DNA of 64,000 nucleotides from Escherichia coli (GTDB lineage Bacteria; Pseudomonadota; Gammaproteobacteria; Enterobacterales; Enterobacteriaceae): NCBI RefSeq assembly GCF_024298765.1, contig NZ_CP101210.1; one strand, 5' to 3'. Shown piece by piece: positions 52,044 to 64,000 of this stretch (position 1 is its first letter; each line of letters starts with the position of its first letter). The notes under the pieces were generated by a model. It saw only the letters and a program-made list of their open reading frames with translations, ran no database searches and was not told where the DNA came from. The position numbers and the translations under genes were made by a program.

Positions 52044-52487
52044 ATGCGGCTTATTGATTATTTTCCAGAATCATCAATCTCAGTTATACATTCAGCAAAA
52101 GATTGGCAGGAAGCTATCGATTTCTCGATGGCATCATTGCTGGATAAAAACTATATCAGCGAGAATTACATTCAGGCAATTAAAGATTCCACCATTAACA
52201 ATGGCCCTTATTATATTCTCGCACCAGGCGTGGCAATGCCTCATGCGCGACCGGAATGTGGGGCGCTTAAAACCGGGATGTCTTTGACATTACTTGAACA
52301 AGGTGTTTATTTTCCGGGGAATGACGAACCAATTAAATTACTCATCGGACTCTCTGCTGCCGATGCCGATTCGCACATTGGCGCTATTCAGGCGTTAAGT
52401 GAATTACTGTGCGAAGAAGAAATACTCGAACAACTCTTAACAGCATCATCAGAAAAACAATTAGCGGACATTATCAGCCGCGGATAA
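52044..52487 (+). CDS. cmtB: Mannitol-type PTS enzyme IIA (cryptic)
   Basis: 147-aa ORF recognised as CmtB. Confidence 0.8.
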   Translation: MRLIDYFPESSISVIHSAKDWQEAIDFSMASLLDKNYISENYIQAIKDSTINNGPYYILAPGVAMPHARPECGALKTGMSLTLLEQGVYFPGNDEPIKLLIGLSAADADSHIGAIQALSELLCEEEILEQLLTASSEKQLADIISRG

Positions 52488-52514
52488 TTACTCTCTCCTC
52501 TACAGGATAATATT

Positions 52515-53903
52515 ATGGAAAACAAGTCTGCTCGTGCAAAGGTCCAGGCTTTTGGGGGCTTTTTGACGGCAATGGTCATCCCCAATATTGGTGCTTTTAT
52601 TGCCTGGGGTTTTATTACTGCGTTATTTATTCCCACCGGTTGGCTGCCTAACGAACATTTCGCCAAAATTGTCGGCCCGATGATTACCTATTTATTGCCC
52701 GTGATGATTGGTTCTACCGGTGGTCATCTGGCCGGCGGTAAACGCGGCGCGGTCATGGGCGGAATAGGTACTATTGGTGTGATCGTCGGCGCAGAGATCC
52801 CGATGTTCCTTGGCTCAATGATTATGGGGCCGCTCGGTGGTCTGGTGATTAAATATATCGACAAGGCGCTGGAAAAGCGGATCCCTGCTGGTTTTGAGAT
52901 GGTTATCAATAACTTCTCATTAGGTATCGTGGGGATGCTCCTTTGTCTGCTGGGTTTTGAAGTGATCGGCCCTGCGGTGTTAATTGCCAATACTTTCGTC
53001 AAAGAGTGTATTGAGGCGCTGGTACATGCGGGTTATCTGCCTTTGCTGTCAGTCATCAATGAACCGGCGAAAGTGCTTTTCCTTAATAATGCGATCGATC
53101 AGGGCGTCTATTACCCGTTGGGGATGCAACAGGCTTCAGTTAACGGTAAATCCATCTTCTTTATGGTGGCGTCCAACCCTGGGCCTGGCTTAGGACTGTT
53201 GCTGGCGTTTACTTTGTTTGGTAAAGGGATGAGTAAACGTTCTGCGCCCGGGGCGATGATTATTCACTTCCTCGGTGGGATCCACGAACTGTATTTCCCG
53301 TATGTGCTGATGAAGCCGCTGACCATTATTGCCATGATTGCGGGCGGTATGTCTGGCACCTGGATGTTTAACTTACTGGACGGTGGTCTGGTGGCTGGTC
53401 CAAGTCCGGGGTCTATCTTTGCTTACCTGGCACTGACGCCGAAAGGCTCGTTCCTGGCGACAATTGCCGGTGTTACGGTAGGTACCCTGGTGTCCTTTGC
53501 TATCACTTCCGTAATACTGAAGATGGAAAAAACGGTGGAAACGGAGAGCGAAGATGAGTTTGCTCAGTCAGCCAATGCGGTTAAGGCGATGAAACAAGAG
53601 GGTGCATTCTCGTTAAGCCGGGTTAAGCGAATCGCCTTTGTTTGCGATGCGGGGATGGGCTCCAGCGCGATGGGCGCAACCACCTTCCGTAAACGTCTGG
53701 AAAAAGCGGGGCTGGCAATTGAAGTAAAACATTACGCGATAGAAAACGTGCCTGCGGATGCGGATATCGTCGTTACTCACGCCAGTCTGGAAGGGCGCGT
53801 GAAACGTGTGACGGATAAACCACTGATATTGATTAATAACTATATTGGCGATCCAAAACTCGACACTTTATTTAATCAATTAACCGCTGAACATAAACAC
53901 TGA
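52515..53903 (+). CDS. cmtA: Mannitol-type PTS enzyme IICB (cryptic)
   Basis: 462-aa polytopic ORF with C-terminal IIB domain. Confidence 0.8.
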   Translation: MENKSARAKVQAFGGFLTAMVIPNIGAFIAWGFITALFIPTGWLPNEHFAKIVGPMITYLLPVMIGSTGGHLAGGKRGAVMGGIGTIGVIVGAEIPMFLGSMIMGPLGGLVIKYIDKALEKRIPAGFEMVINNFSLGIVGMLLCLLGFEVIGPAVLIANTFVKECIEALVHAGYLPLLSVINEPAKVLFLNNAIDQGVYYPLGMQQASVNGKSIFFMVASNPGPGLGLLLAFTLFGKGMSKRSAPGAMIIHFLGGIHELYFPYVLMKPLTIIAMIAGGMSGTWMFNLLDGGLVAGPSPGSIFAYLALTPKGSFLATIAGVTVGTLVSFAITSVILKMEKTVETESEDEFAQSANAVKAMKQEGAFSLSRVKRIAFVCDAGMGSSAMGATTFRKRLEKAGLAIEVKHYAIENVPADADIVVTHASLEGRVKRVTDKPLILINNYIGDPKLDTLFNQLTAEHKH

Positions 53904-53917
53904 TTACAGAGGTAAAA

Positions 53918-55195
53918 ATGAAAACCAAAGTTGCTGCTATTTATGGCAAGCGGGATGTCCGTCTGCGCGAATTTGAGCTGCCAGAAATTACCGATAATGA
54001 ACTGTTAGTGAATGTAATTTCTGACAGCGTTTGTTTATCCACCTGGAAAGCGGCGTTACTCGGTAGTGAACATAAACGCGTACCCGACGATTTAGAAAAT
54101 CATCCGGTCATTACCGGGCATGAATGTGCCGGGGTTATTGTTGAAGTGGGTAAAAATCTCACCGACAAATATAAAAAAGGCCAGCGTTTTGTATTGCAAC
54201 CGGCGATGGGGTTACCAAGCGGATATTCAGCGGGCTACAGCTACGAATATTTTGGCGGTAACGCCACCTATATGATTATTCCCGAAATCGTCATTAATTT
54301 GGGCTGCGTATTACCGTATCACGGCTCTTATTTTGCTGCGGCGTCACTGGCAGAGCCTATGTGCTGCATTATTGGCGCTTATCATGCCAATTATCACACC
54401 ACGCAATATGTTTATGAGCATCGCATGGGCGTTAAACCTGGCGGCAATATTGCGCTGCTGGCATGTGCTGGTCCGATGGGCATTGGCGCTATCGATTATG
54501 CTATTAACGGCGGCATACAACCGTCGCGGGTGGTGGTGGTCGATATCGACGACAAACGCCTGGCGCAGGTACAAAAGCTGCTGCCGGTGGAACTGGCGGC
54601 CAGTAAAGGCATTGAGCTGGTGTATATGAATACCAAAGGGATGAGCGATCCGGTCCAGACGCTGCGGGCGCTGACGGATGATGCCGGATTTGATGACGTA
54701 TTTGTCTATGCAGCGGTGCCTTCAGTCGTCGAGATGGCTGATGAATTACTGGCGGAAGATGGCTGCCTGAACTTCTTTGCCGGGCCGACGGATAAAAACT
54801 TCAAAGTGCCGTTTAATTTCTACAACGTCCATTACAACAGAACGCATGTCGTCGGTACGTCCGGCGGTTCAACGGACGACATGAAAGAGGCGATTGCGCT
54901 TAGCGCCACAGGGCAGTTGCAGCCGTCGTTTATGGTGACCCATATCGGTGGGCTGGATGCGGTGCCAGAAACCGTGCTCAATCTGCCGGATATCCCAGGC
55001 GGTAAAAAACTCATTTATAACGGCGTGACCATGCCGCTCACTGCCATTGCCGATTTTGCCGAAAAAGGCAAAACCGATCCGCTGTTTAAAGAGTTGGCGC
55101 GGCTGGTTGAGGAAACGCACGGCATCTGGAATGAACAGGCCGAGAAATATCTGCTGGCACAATTTGGCGTTGATAGCGGGGAGGCCGCGCAATGA
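53918..55195 (+). CDS. yggP: Zinc-dependent alcohol/polyol dehydrogenase-like protein
   Basis: 425-aa ORF with MDR-family features (GHECAG); synteny. Confidence 0.75.
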   Translation: MKTKVAAIYGKRDVRLREFELPEITDNELLVNVISDSVCLSTWKAALLGSEHKRVPDDLENHPVITGHECAGVIVEVGKNLTDKYKKGQRFVLQPAMGLPSGYSAGYSYEYFGGNATYMIIPEIVINLGCVLPYHGSYFAAASLAEPMCCIIGAYHANYHTTQYVYEHRMGVKPGGNIALLACAGPMGIGAIDYAINGGIQPSRVVVVDIDDKRLAQVQKLLPVELAASKGIELVYMNTKGMSDPVQTLRALTDDAGFDDVFVYAAVPSVVEMADELLAEDGCLNFFAGPTDKNFKVPFNFYNVHYNRTHVVGTSGGSTDDMKEAIALSATGQLQPSFMVTHIGGLDAVPETVLNLPDIPGGKKLIYNGVTMPLTAIADFAEKGKTDPLFKELARLVEETHGIWNEQAEKYLLAQFGVDSGEAAQ

Positions 55196-56157
55196 TGTCC
55201 CTGGCGTGGCCATTATTTCGCGTTACGGAACAGGCAGCGTTGGCTGCCTGGCCGCAAACCGGATGTGGCGACAAAAATAAAATTGATGGCCTGGCGGTCA
55301 CCGCGATGCGCCAGGCATTAAACGACGTCGCTTTTCGTGGACGAGTGGTTATCGGCGAGGGAGAGATTGACCATGCGCCGATGCTGTGGATTGGCGAAGA
55401 GGTGGGCAAAGGCGATGGGCCAGAAGTCGATATCGCGGTTGACCCGATTGAAGGCACGCGGATGGTGGTGATGGGGCAGAGCAATGCGCTGGCGGTCATG
55501 GCTTTCGCCCCACGGGGCAGCCTGTTACATGCGCCCGATATGTATATGAAAAAGCTGGTTGTTAATCGACTGGCTGCCGGGGCGATAGATCTGTCTTTGC
55601 CTCTGGCGGACAACTTGCGTAACGTGGCGCGGGCGTTAGGTAAACCGCTGGACAAGCTGCGTATGGTTACGCTGGATAAACCGCGCCTGAGTGCCGCAAT
55701 TGAGGAAGCAACACAGCTGGGCGTGAAGGTTTTTGCCCTGCCGGATGGCGATGTCGCCGCCAGCGTGCTGACCTGCTGGCAGGATAATCCTTACGATGTG
55801 ATGTACACCATCGGCGGTGCGCCAGAAGGCGTGATTTCTGCCTGTGCCGTTAAAGCATTAGGCGGGGATATGCAGGCCGAGCTGATTGACTTTTGTCAGG
55901 CTAAAGGGGATTACACGGAAAATCGGCAGATTGCAGAGCAGGAGCGCAAGCGTTGCAAGGAAATGGGCGTTGACGTTAACCGTGTGTACTCGCTCGATGA
56001 ACTGGTGAGGGGGAACGATATCCTCTTTAGCGCTACGGGCGTGACGGGCGGCGAGTTGGTGAACGGAATCCAACAGACGGCGAATGGGGTGCGGACGCAG
56101 ACATTACTGATCGGCGGCGCGGACCAAACGTGTAATATAATAGACTCCCTGCATTGA
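55192..56157 (+). CDS. yggF: Class II fructose-1,6-bisphosphatase (GlpX paralog)
   Basis: 321-aa ORF recognised as YggF; 4-bp overlap with yggP. Confidence 0.75.
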   Translation: MMSLAWPLFRVTEQAALAAWPQTGCGDKNKIDGLAVTAMRQALNDVAFRGRVVIGEGEIDHAPMLWIGEEVGKGDGPEVDIAVDPIEGTRMVVMGQSNALAVMAFAPRGSLLHAPDMYMKKLVVNRLAAGAIDLSLPLADNLRNVARALGKPLDKLRMVTLDKPRLSAAIEEATQLGVKVFALPDGDVAASVLTCWQDNPYDVMYTIGGAPEGVISACAVKALGGDMQAELIDFCQAKGDYTENRQIAEQERKRCKEMGVDVNRVYSLDELVRGNDILFSATGVTGGELVNGIQQTANGVRTQTLLIGGADQTCNIIDSLH

Positions 56158-56178
56158 TGGTGATCTATCGGAAGACCA

Positions 56179-56688
56179 ATGGCGACGCTGACAGAAGATG
56201 ATGTGCTTGAGCAACTGGATGCACAGGACAATTTATTTTCATTTATGAAAACTACGCATTCTATTTTGCTCCAGGGGATACGCCAGTTTCTGCCGTCGCT
56301 GTTTGTCGATAATGATGAAGAGATCGTCGAATATGCAGTGAAGCCGTTACTCGCCCAAAGCGGCCCGCTTGACGATATTGATGTTGCACTGCGTTTGATT
56401 TATGCGCTGGGGAAAATGGATAAATGGCTGTACGCCGATATCACGCATTTTTCCCAGTTCTGGCATTACCTGAACGAACAGGATGAAATGCCCGGATTTG
56501 CCGATGACATGACCTGGGATTTTATCAGCAACGTCAATAGCATAACCCGCAATGCGACGCTCTATGACGCGTTGAAAGCGATGAAGTTCGCCGATTTCGC
56601 CGTCTGGTCAGAGGCGCGTTTTAGCAGGATGGTCAAAACGGCGCTGACGCTGGCAGTAACGACCACCTTAAAGGAATTAACGCCGTGA
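56179..56688 (+). CDS. yggD: MtlR-like protein YggD (annotated FumE in some databases)
   Basis: 169-aa ORF; synteny; recognised sequence. Confidence 0.6.
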   Translation: MATLTEDDVLEQLDAQDNLFSFMKTTHSILLQGIRQFLPSLFVDNDEEIVEYAVKPLLAQSGPLDDIDVALRLIYALGKMDKWLYADITHFSQFWHYLNEQDEMPGFADDMTWDFISNVNSITRNATLYDALKAMKFADFAVWSEARFSRMVKTALTLAVTTTLKELTP

Positions 56689-57398
56689 AAATTGAATTAA
56701 CGGTGAATGGGCTGAAGATACAGGCACAGTACCAGAACGAAGAGATTGAAAATGTACATAAACCGTTGCTGCACATGTTGGCGGCCTTACAGACGGTAAA
56801 TCCGCAGCGGCGTACGGTGGTTTTTCTTTGCGCTCCGCCGGGGACGGGTAAATCTACCCTAACCACCTTCTGGGAATATCTCGCGCAACAAGACCCGGAG
56901 CTGCCCGCTATTCAGACGCTGCCGATGGATGGTTTTCATCATTACAATAGCTGGCTGGATGCGCATCAATTGCGCCCCTTCAAAGGCGCACCAGAGACAT
57001 TTGACGTTGCGAAACTGGCGGAAAATCTGCGCCAGGTAATGGAAGGGGATTGTACGTGGCCGCAGTACGATCGACAAAAGCATGATCCTGTTGAAGATGC
57101 GTTGCACGTTACCGCACCACTCGTCATCGTCGAAGGAAACTGGCTATTATTGGATGATGAAAAGTGGCAGGAGTTGGCATCTTTCTGCGATTTTTCTATT
57201 TTTATTCATGCACCTGCTCAAATTCTGCGGGAGCGCTTGATTAGTCGTAAAATTGCGGGAGGATTATCGCGGCAAGAAGCCGAAGCTTTTTATGCCCGAA
57301 CCGATGGTCCCAATGTCGAGCGTGTGCTGGTGAATAGTCGTCAGGCCAATCTGATATTAGAGATGACCGAAGAAGGCAGATATCACTTCAAAAGCTGA
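56685..57398 (+). CDS. yggC: P-loop NTPase/kinase-like protein YggC
   Basis: Walker A (LCAPPGTGKSTL); 237 aa; 4-bp overlap with yggD. Confidence 0.65.
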   Translation: MKIELTVNGLKIQAQYQNEEIENVHKPLLHMLAALQTVNPQRRTVVFLCAPPGTGKSTLTTFWEYLAQQDPELPAIQTLPMDGFHHYNSWLDAHQLRPFKGAPETFDVAKLAENLRQVMEGDCTWPQYDRQKHDPVEDALHVTAPLVIVEGNWLLLDDEKWQELASFCDFSIFIHAPAQILRERLISRKIAGGLSRQEAEAFYARTDGPNVERVLVNSRQANLILEMTEEGRYHFKS

Positions 57399-57682
57399 CA
57401 ATTTATTCCAGTTATTGCAGGGGTATTATTACGCCAGCCTGGAATAAAGCTCCCTACAAAAGGGGATAAAAGTGTGATGTAAGTCAGATAAATGTCTTCT
57501 TCGGCTGGACAATCATTCCTTTTATTCCACGTTTCGCTTATCCTAGCTGAAGCGTTTCAGTCGATTAAATGTTCGACAATTAACCAATCAGTCGCAGTTT
57601 GCGACAGGTAAGGTTTCCCCGGACGATTTGCTGGATTACTCTGTCTGGCAAATTTGCTCAGGGAAAACCTTGCAGGAGATCT

Positions 57683-58702
57683 ATGACCGTACGCGTAGCG
57701 ATAAATGGCTTCGGTCGCATCGGGCGTAATGTGGTTCGTGCTTTGTATGAATCCGGACGCCGGGCGGAAATTACCGTGGTGGCAATCAACGAACTGGCGG
57801 ATGCTGCGGGCATGGCGCATTTGTTGAAATATGACACCAGCCATGGCCGTTTTGCATGGGAAGTACGACAGGAACGCGATCAACTTTTTGTTGGTGATGA
57901 CGCCATCCGTGTATTGCATGAACGTTCACTGCAATCGCTCCCCTGGCGTGAACTTGGCGTTGATGTAGTCCTCGACTGCACCGGCGTATATGGCTCCCGC
58001 GAGCATGGCGAAGCGCATATTGCCGCCGGGGCCAAAAAAGTGCTCTTTTCACATCCTGGCAGTAACGATCTCGACGCGACCGTTGTTTACGGCGTCAATC
58101 AGGATCAACTTCGTGCGGAACACCGCATCGTTTCTAACGCTTCCTGTACCACGAATTGCATAATTCCCGTCATCAAATTGTTAGATGATGCGTACGGTAT
58201 TGAGTCCGGCACTGTGACCACAATTCACTCCGCCATGCACGATCAACAGGTTATTGATGCATACCATCCTGACCTGCGTCGCACCCGGGCAGCCAGCCAG
58301 TCGATCATTCCGGTCGATACTAAACTGGCCGCCGGTATCACACGATTTTTTCCGCAATTTAACGATCGCTTTGAAGCGATTGCGGTACGTGTGCCAACCA
58401 TAAATGTGACGGCAATCGATTTAAGCGTGACGGTGAAGAAACCTGTAAAAGCCAATGAAGTCAACCTGTTGCTGCAAAAAGCAGCACAAGGTGCATTTCA
58501 TGGTATAGTTGACTATACGGAATTGCCGTTGGTCTCTGTAGATTTTAACCACGATCCGCACAGTGCCATTGTCGATGGCACCCAAACCCGGGTTAGTGGC
58601 GCACACCTGATCAAAACGTTGGTCTGGTGCGATAACGAATGGGGCTTTGCTAACCGAATGCTCGACACGACGTTAGCTATGGCTACTGTTGCTTTCAGGT
58701 AA
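57683..58702 (+). CDS. epd: D-erythrose-4-phosphate dehydrogenase
   Basis: Recognised Epd/GapB ([18 protein letters not shown]); start at [11 protein letters not shown] (339 aa). Confidence 0.9.
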
Positions 58703-58751
58703 GACGCAAGCAGCGTCTGCAAAACTTTTAGAATCAACGAGAGGATTCACC

Positions 58752-59915
58752 ATGTCTGTAATTAAGATGACCGATCTGGATCTTGCTGGGAAACGTGTAT
58801 TTATCCGTGCGGATCTGAACGTACCAGTAAAAGACGGGAAAGTAACCAGCGACGCGCGTATCCGTGCTTCTCTGCCGACCATCGAACTTGCCCTGAAACA
58901 AGGCGCAAAAGTGATGGTAACTTCCCACCTGGGTCGTCCTACCGAAGGCGAGTACAACGAAGAATTCTCTCTGCTGCCGGTTGTTAACTACCTGAAAGAC
59001 AAACTGTCTAACCCGGTTCGTCTGGTTAAAGATTACCTCGACGGCGTTGACGTTGCTGAAGGTGAACTGGTTGTTCTGGAAAACGTTCGCTTCAACAAAG
59101 GCGAGAAGAAAGACGACGAAACCCTGTCCAAAAAATACGCTGCACTGTGTGACGTGTTCGTAATGGACGCATTCGGTACTGCTCACCGCGCGCAGGCTTC
59201 TACTCACGGTATCGGTAAATTCGCTGACGTTGCGTGCGCAGGCCCGCTGCTGGCAGCTGAACTGGACGCGCTGGGTAAAGCACTGAAAGAACCTGCTCGC
59301 CCGATGGTGGCTATCGTTGGTGGTTCTAAAGTATCTACCAAACTGACCGTTCTGGACTCCCTGTCTAAAATCGCTGACCAGCTGATTGTTGGTGGTGGTA
59401 TCGCTAACACCTTTATCGCGGCACAAGGCCACGATGTGGGTAAATCCCTGTACGAAGCTGATCTGGTTGACGAAGCAAAACGTCTGCTGACCACCTGCAA
59501 CATCCCGGTTCCGTCTGATGTTCGTGTAGCAACTGAGTTCTCTGAAACTGCACCGGCTACCCTGAAATCTGTTAACGATGTGAAAGCTGACGAGCAGATC
59601 CTGGATATCGGTGATGCTTCCGCTCAGGAACTGGCTGAAATCCTGAAGAATGCGAAAACCATTTTGTGGAACGGTCCGGTTGGCGTGTTCGAATTCCCGA
59701 ACTTCCGCAAAGGTACTGAAATCGTGGCTAACGCTATCGCAGACAGCGAAGCGTTCTCCATCGCTGGCGGCGGCGACACTCTGGCAGCAATCGACCTGTT
59801 CGGCATTGCTGACAAAATCTCCTACATCTCCACTGGCGGCGGCGCATTCCTCGAATTCGTGGAAGGTAAAGTACTGCCTGCAGTAGCGATGCTCGAAGAG
59901 CGCGCTAAGAAGTAA
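58752..59915 (+). CDS. pgk: Phosphoglycerate kinase
   Basis: Recognised Pgk over full length; start at [16 protein letters not shown] (387 aa). Confidence 0.95.
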
Positions 59916-60128
59916 AAAATCACAGGGCAGGGAAACCTGCCCTTGTTGCAGCGCGCTTTTAAAGCACGCACTTTTTCATACTCTAAATAATTCGAGTTGC
60001 AGGAAGGCGACAAGAGAGTGAATCCCATGAGCTTACATAAGTAAGTGACTGGGGTGAGCGAACGCAGACGCAGCACATGCAACTTGAAGTATGACGAGTA
60101 TAAGGCCCGACGATACAGGACAAGAGAC

Positions 60129-61208
60129 ATGTCTAAGATTTTTGATTTCGTAAAACCTGGCGTAATCACTGGTGATGACGTACAGAAAGTTTTCCAGGTA
60201 GCAAAAGAAAACAACTTCGCACTGCCAGCAGTAAACTGCGTCGGTACTGACTCCATCAACGCCGTGCTGGAAACCGCTGCTAAAGTTAAAGCGCCGGTTA
60301 TCGTTCAGTTCTCCAACGGTGGTGCTTCCTTTATCGCTGGTAAAGGCGTGAAATCTGACGTTCCGCAGGGTGCTGCTATCCTGGGCGCGATCTCTGGTGC
60401 GCATCACGTTCACCAGATGGCTGAACATTATGGTGTTCCGGTTATCCTGCACACCGACCACTGCGCGAAGAAACTGCTGCCGTGGATCGACGGTCTGCTG
60501 GACGCGGGTGAAAAACACTTCGCAGCTACCGGCAAGCCGCTGTTCTCTTCTCACATGATCGACCTGTCAGAAGAATCTCTGCAAGAGAACATCGAAATCT
60601 GCTCTAAATACCTGGAGCGCATGTCCAAAATCGGCATGACTCTGGAAATCGAACTGGGTTGCACCGGTGGTGAAGAAGACGGCGTGGACAACAGCCACAT
60701 GGACGCTTCTGCACTGTACACCCAGCCGGAAGACGTTGATTATGCGTATACCGAGCTGAGCAAAATCAGCCCGCGTTTCACCATCGCAGCGTCCTTCGGT
60801 AACGTACACGGTGTTTACAAGCCGGGTAACGTTGTTCTGACTCCGACTATCCTGCGCGACTCTCAGGAATATGTTTCTAAGAAACACAACCTGCCGCACA
60901 ACAGCCTGAACTTCGTATTCCACGGTGGTTCCGGTTCTACTGCTCAGGAAATCAAAGACTCCGTAAGCTACGGCGTAGTGAAAATGAACATTGATACCGA
61001 TACCCAATGGGCAACCTGGGAAGGCGTTCTGAACTACTACAAAGCGAACGAAGCTTACCTGCAGGGTCAGCTGGGTAACCCGAAAGGCGAAGATCAGCCG
61101 AACAAGAAATACTACGATCCGCGCGTATGGCTGCGTGCAGGTCAGACTTCTATGATCGCTCGTCTGGAAAAAGCATTCCAGGAACTGAACGCGATCGACG
61201 TTCTGTAA
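60129..61208 (+). CDS. fbaA: Fructose-bisphosphate aldolase class II
   Basis: Recognised FbaA over full length; start at MSKIFDFVKPGV (359 aa). Confidence 0.95.
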   Translation: MSKIFDFVKPGVITGDDVQKVFQVAKENNFALPAVNCVGTDSINAVLETAAKVKAPVIVQFSNGGASFIAGKGVKSDVPQGAAILGAISGAHHVHQMAEHYGVPVILHTDHCAKKLLPWIDGLLDAGEKHFAATGKPLFSSHMIDLSEESLQENIEICSKYLERMSKIGMTLEIELGCTGGEEDGVDNSHMDASALYTQPEDVDYAYTELSKISPRFTIAASFGNVHGVYKPGNVVLTPTILRDSQEYVSKKHNLPHNSLNFVFHGGSGSTAQEIKDSVSYGVVKMNIDTDTQWATWEGVLNYYKANEAYLQGQLGNPKGEDQPNKKYYDPRVWLRAGQTSMIARLEKAFQELNAIDVL

Positions 61209-61232
61209 GTCATTCCTTTCTGCTTATCTCAA

Positions 61233-61256
61233 GGCCCGCTCTGCGGGTCTTTTTTT
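61233..61256 (+). terminator. Rho-independent terminator after fbaA
   Basis: CCCGC-TCT-GCGGG followed by TCTTTTTTT. Confidence 0.7.
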
Positions 61257-61398
61257 CGCCAAAAGCAAGGTGATGCAGATGAGAAATCTGTGATCTATTT
61301 GGCAAAATTATGCTTTATTGTTTACCCTTGTCAGACTGCCCGTCATAAGGCGGCGGAGTGTATTTCTCCATTTTGAGTCAGTTGAAAAGGAATATTGA

Positions 61399-62259
<861 letters not shown>

Positions 62260-62267
62260 TCAACGCT

Positions 62268-62310
62268 GAGGCCAGATAATACTCTCTGGCCTCTCTCTTA
62301 TTAGTTTTTC
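62268..62310 (+). terminator. Hairpin plus T-rich tract after mscS
   Basis: GAGGCCAGA-taatactc-TCTGGCCTC then TCTCTTATTAGTTTTTC. Confidence 0.5.
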
Positions 62311-62397
62311 TGATTGCCAATTAATATTATCAATTTCCGCTAATAACAATCCCGCGATATAGTCTCTGCATCAGATACTTAATTCGGAATATCCAAC

Positions 62398-63033
62398 GTG
62401 TTTTCTTATTACTTTCAAGGTCTTGCACTTGGGGCGGCTATGATCCTACCGCTCGGTCCACAAAATGCTTTTGTGATGAATCAGGGCATTCGTCGTCAGT
62501 ACCACATTATGATTGCCTTACTTTGCGCTATCAGCGATTTGGTCCTGATTTGCGCCGGGATTTTTGGTGGCAGCGCGTTATTGATGCAGTCGCCGTGGTT
62601 GCTGGCGCTGGTCACCTGGGGCGGCGTAGCCTTCTTGCTGTGGTATGGTTTTGGCGCTTTTAAAACAGCGATGAGCAGTAATATTGAGTTAGCCAGTGCC
62701 GAAGTCCTGAAGCAAGGCAGATGGAAAATTATCGCCACCATGCTGGCAGTGACCTGGCTGAATCCGCATGTTTACCTGGATACTTTTGTTGTACTGGGCA
62801 GTCTTGGCGGGCAACTTGATGTGGAACCAAAACGTTGGTTTGCGCTCGGGACAATTAGCGCCTCTTTCCTGTGGTTCTTTGGTCTGGCTATTCTCGCAGC
62901 CTGGCTGGCACCGCGCCTGCGCACGGCAAAATCACAGCGCATTATCAATCTGGTAGTGGGATGTGTTATGTGGTTTATTGCCTTGCAGCTGGCGAGAGAC
63001 GGTATTGTTCATGCACAAGCCTTGCTCAGTTAG
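62398..63033 (+). CDS. argO: Arginine exporter (LysE family)
   Basis: 211-aa ORF recognised as ArgO/YggA. Confidence 0.85.
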   Translation: MFSYYFQGLALGAAMILPLGPQNAFVMNQGIRRQYHIMIALLCAISDLVLICAGIFGGSALLMQSPWLLALVTWGGVAFLLWYGFGAFKTAMSSNIELASAEVLKQGRWKIIATMLAVTWLNPHVYLDTFVVLGSLGGQLDVEPKRWFALGTISASFLWFFGLAILAAWLAPRLRTAKSQRIINLVVGCVMWFIALQLARDGIVHAQALLS

Positions 63034-63125
63034 GCGCTATCTGATGGAAAAATAAAACAGAGGCGCTAAGCTTGCCTCCAGAGGTCCTGAATTTTAGGCA
63101 AGTCAATTAACACGGAGAGACTAAC

Positions 63126-63866
63126 GTGAAGTTCAAAGTTATCGCCCTGGCGGCATTAATGGGTATTAGCGGGATGGCAGCGCAGGCTAACGAATTGCCG
63201 GATGGACCGCATATTGTCACCTCCGGTACGGCAAGCGTGGATGCGGTGCCAGACATTGCCACTCTTGCGATTGAAGTCAACGTGGCCGCGAAGGATGCCG
63301 CTACTGCCAAGAAACAGGCGGATGAGCGCGTCGCACAATACATTTCCTTCCTTGAACTCAATCAGATCGCGAAAAAAGATATCAGCTCAGCGAACTTACG
63401 CACCCAGCCAGATTATGATTATCAGGATGGTAAAAGTATCCTGAAAGGCTACCGTGCTGTGAGAACGGTGGAAGTCACGCTCCGTCAGTTAGACAAACTG
63501 AATTCCTTGCTGGATGGCGCGCTGAAGGCGGGTCTTAACGAAATTCGTTCTGTATCGCTGGGCGTGGCGCAGCCGGATGCCTATAAAGACAAAGCGCGTA
63601 AGGCAGCGATTGATAACGCGATTCATCAGGCGCAGGAACTGGCGAACGGCTTTCATCGTAAACTGGGGCCGGTATATAGTGTGCGCTACCATGTTTCCAA
63701 CTATCAGCCCAGCCCAATGGTGCGGATGATGAAAGCCGATGCCGCGCCGGTGTCCGCCCAGGAAACTTACGAGCAGGCCGCTATTCAGTTTGATGATCAG
63801 GTCGATGTGGTCTTCCAGTTAGAACCTGTGGATCAACAACCCGCTAAAACACCTGCAGCACAATAA
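63126..63866 (+). CDS. yggE: Periplasmic oxidative-stress protein YggE (SIMPL/DUF541)
   Basis: 246-aa ORF with signal peptide; recognised by sequence and synteny. Confidence 0.75.
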   Translation: MKFKVIALAALMGISGMAAQANELPDGPHIVTSGTASVDAVPDIATLAIEVNVAAKDAATAKKQADERVAQYISFLELNQIAKKDISSANLRTQPDYDYQDGKSILKGYRAVRTVEVTLRQLDKLNSLLDGALKAGLNEIRSVSLGVAQPDAYKDKARKAAIDNAIHQAQELANGFHRKLGPVYSVRYHVSNYQPSPMVRMMKADAAPVSAQETYEQAAIQFDDQVDVVFQLEPVDQQPAKTPAAQ

Positions 63867-64000
63867 TATTTGTAGCCCGACGTATTCGTCGGGCTAATGC
63901 CTTTACCCGATATTGCCTCCTTTTTCTGTAATTTTCTGTAAAACCATGACGTAATCACCTATCTTTGCTCGCGGTTTCATCAAGGATAGGCTGACTGAAA

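Noticed and set aside
58734-61007. Minus-strand ORFs overlapping pgk and fbaA (232, 173, 146 aa)
   Set aside because: Antisense to highly conserved glycolytic genes; shadow ORFs.

Overview
The window reads as an Escherichia coli-type chromosome segment covering the pheV–speC–mutY–ansB–galP–metK–speAB–tktA–pgk–fbaA–mscS region, in inverted orientation relative to K-12 as I recall it. All gene calls rest on recognising the translated ORFs and sequence motifs by eye; no database search was run.

The first ~16.1 kb is an accessory island at tRNA-Phe (16105..16180, minus strand) with a P4-type integrase beside it. The island runs off the left edge of the window. From the tRNA outward it contains:
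- a complete raffinose operon, rafR-rafA-rafB-rafD-rafY, with twin palindromic operators upstream of rafA;
- a complete-length IS1 (5733..6502) whose interior is replaced by the 3' end of IS2, plus a ~42 bp IS2 left-end remnant beside rafR;
- a TPR-like gene abutting the IS1 end;
- an uncharacterised gene cluster (32..4560), which is the best candidate for an undescribed system. It has two tandem proteins sharing a C-terminal glycine-rich hydrophobic hairpin and helical module, one with an HNH-like nuclease signature, followed by a translationally coupled CxxCxxCC protein, a small membrane protein, and an EptA/MCR-type phosphoethanolamine transferase. Its function is unknown.

The remaining ~48 kb is conserved core. 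Three insertions look strain-specific relative to my memory of K-12: a TRAP transporter operon between yggM and hemW, a lipoprotein gene between speA and speB, and an SPFH/band-7 gene between tktA and cmtB. A 14-nt poly-G tract sits in the AT-rich region upstream of the TRAP operon. No CRISPR array or rRNA was seen.
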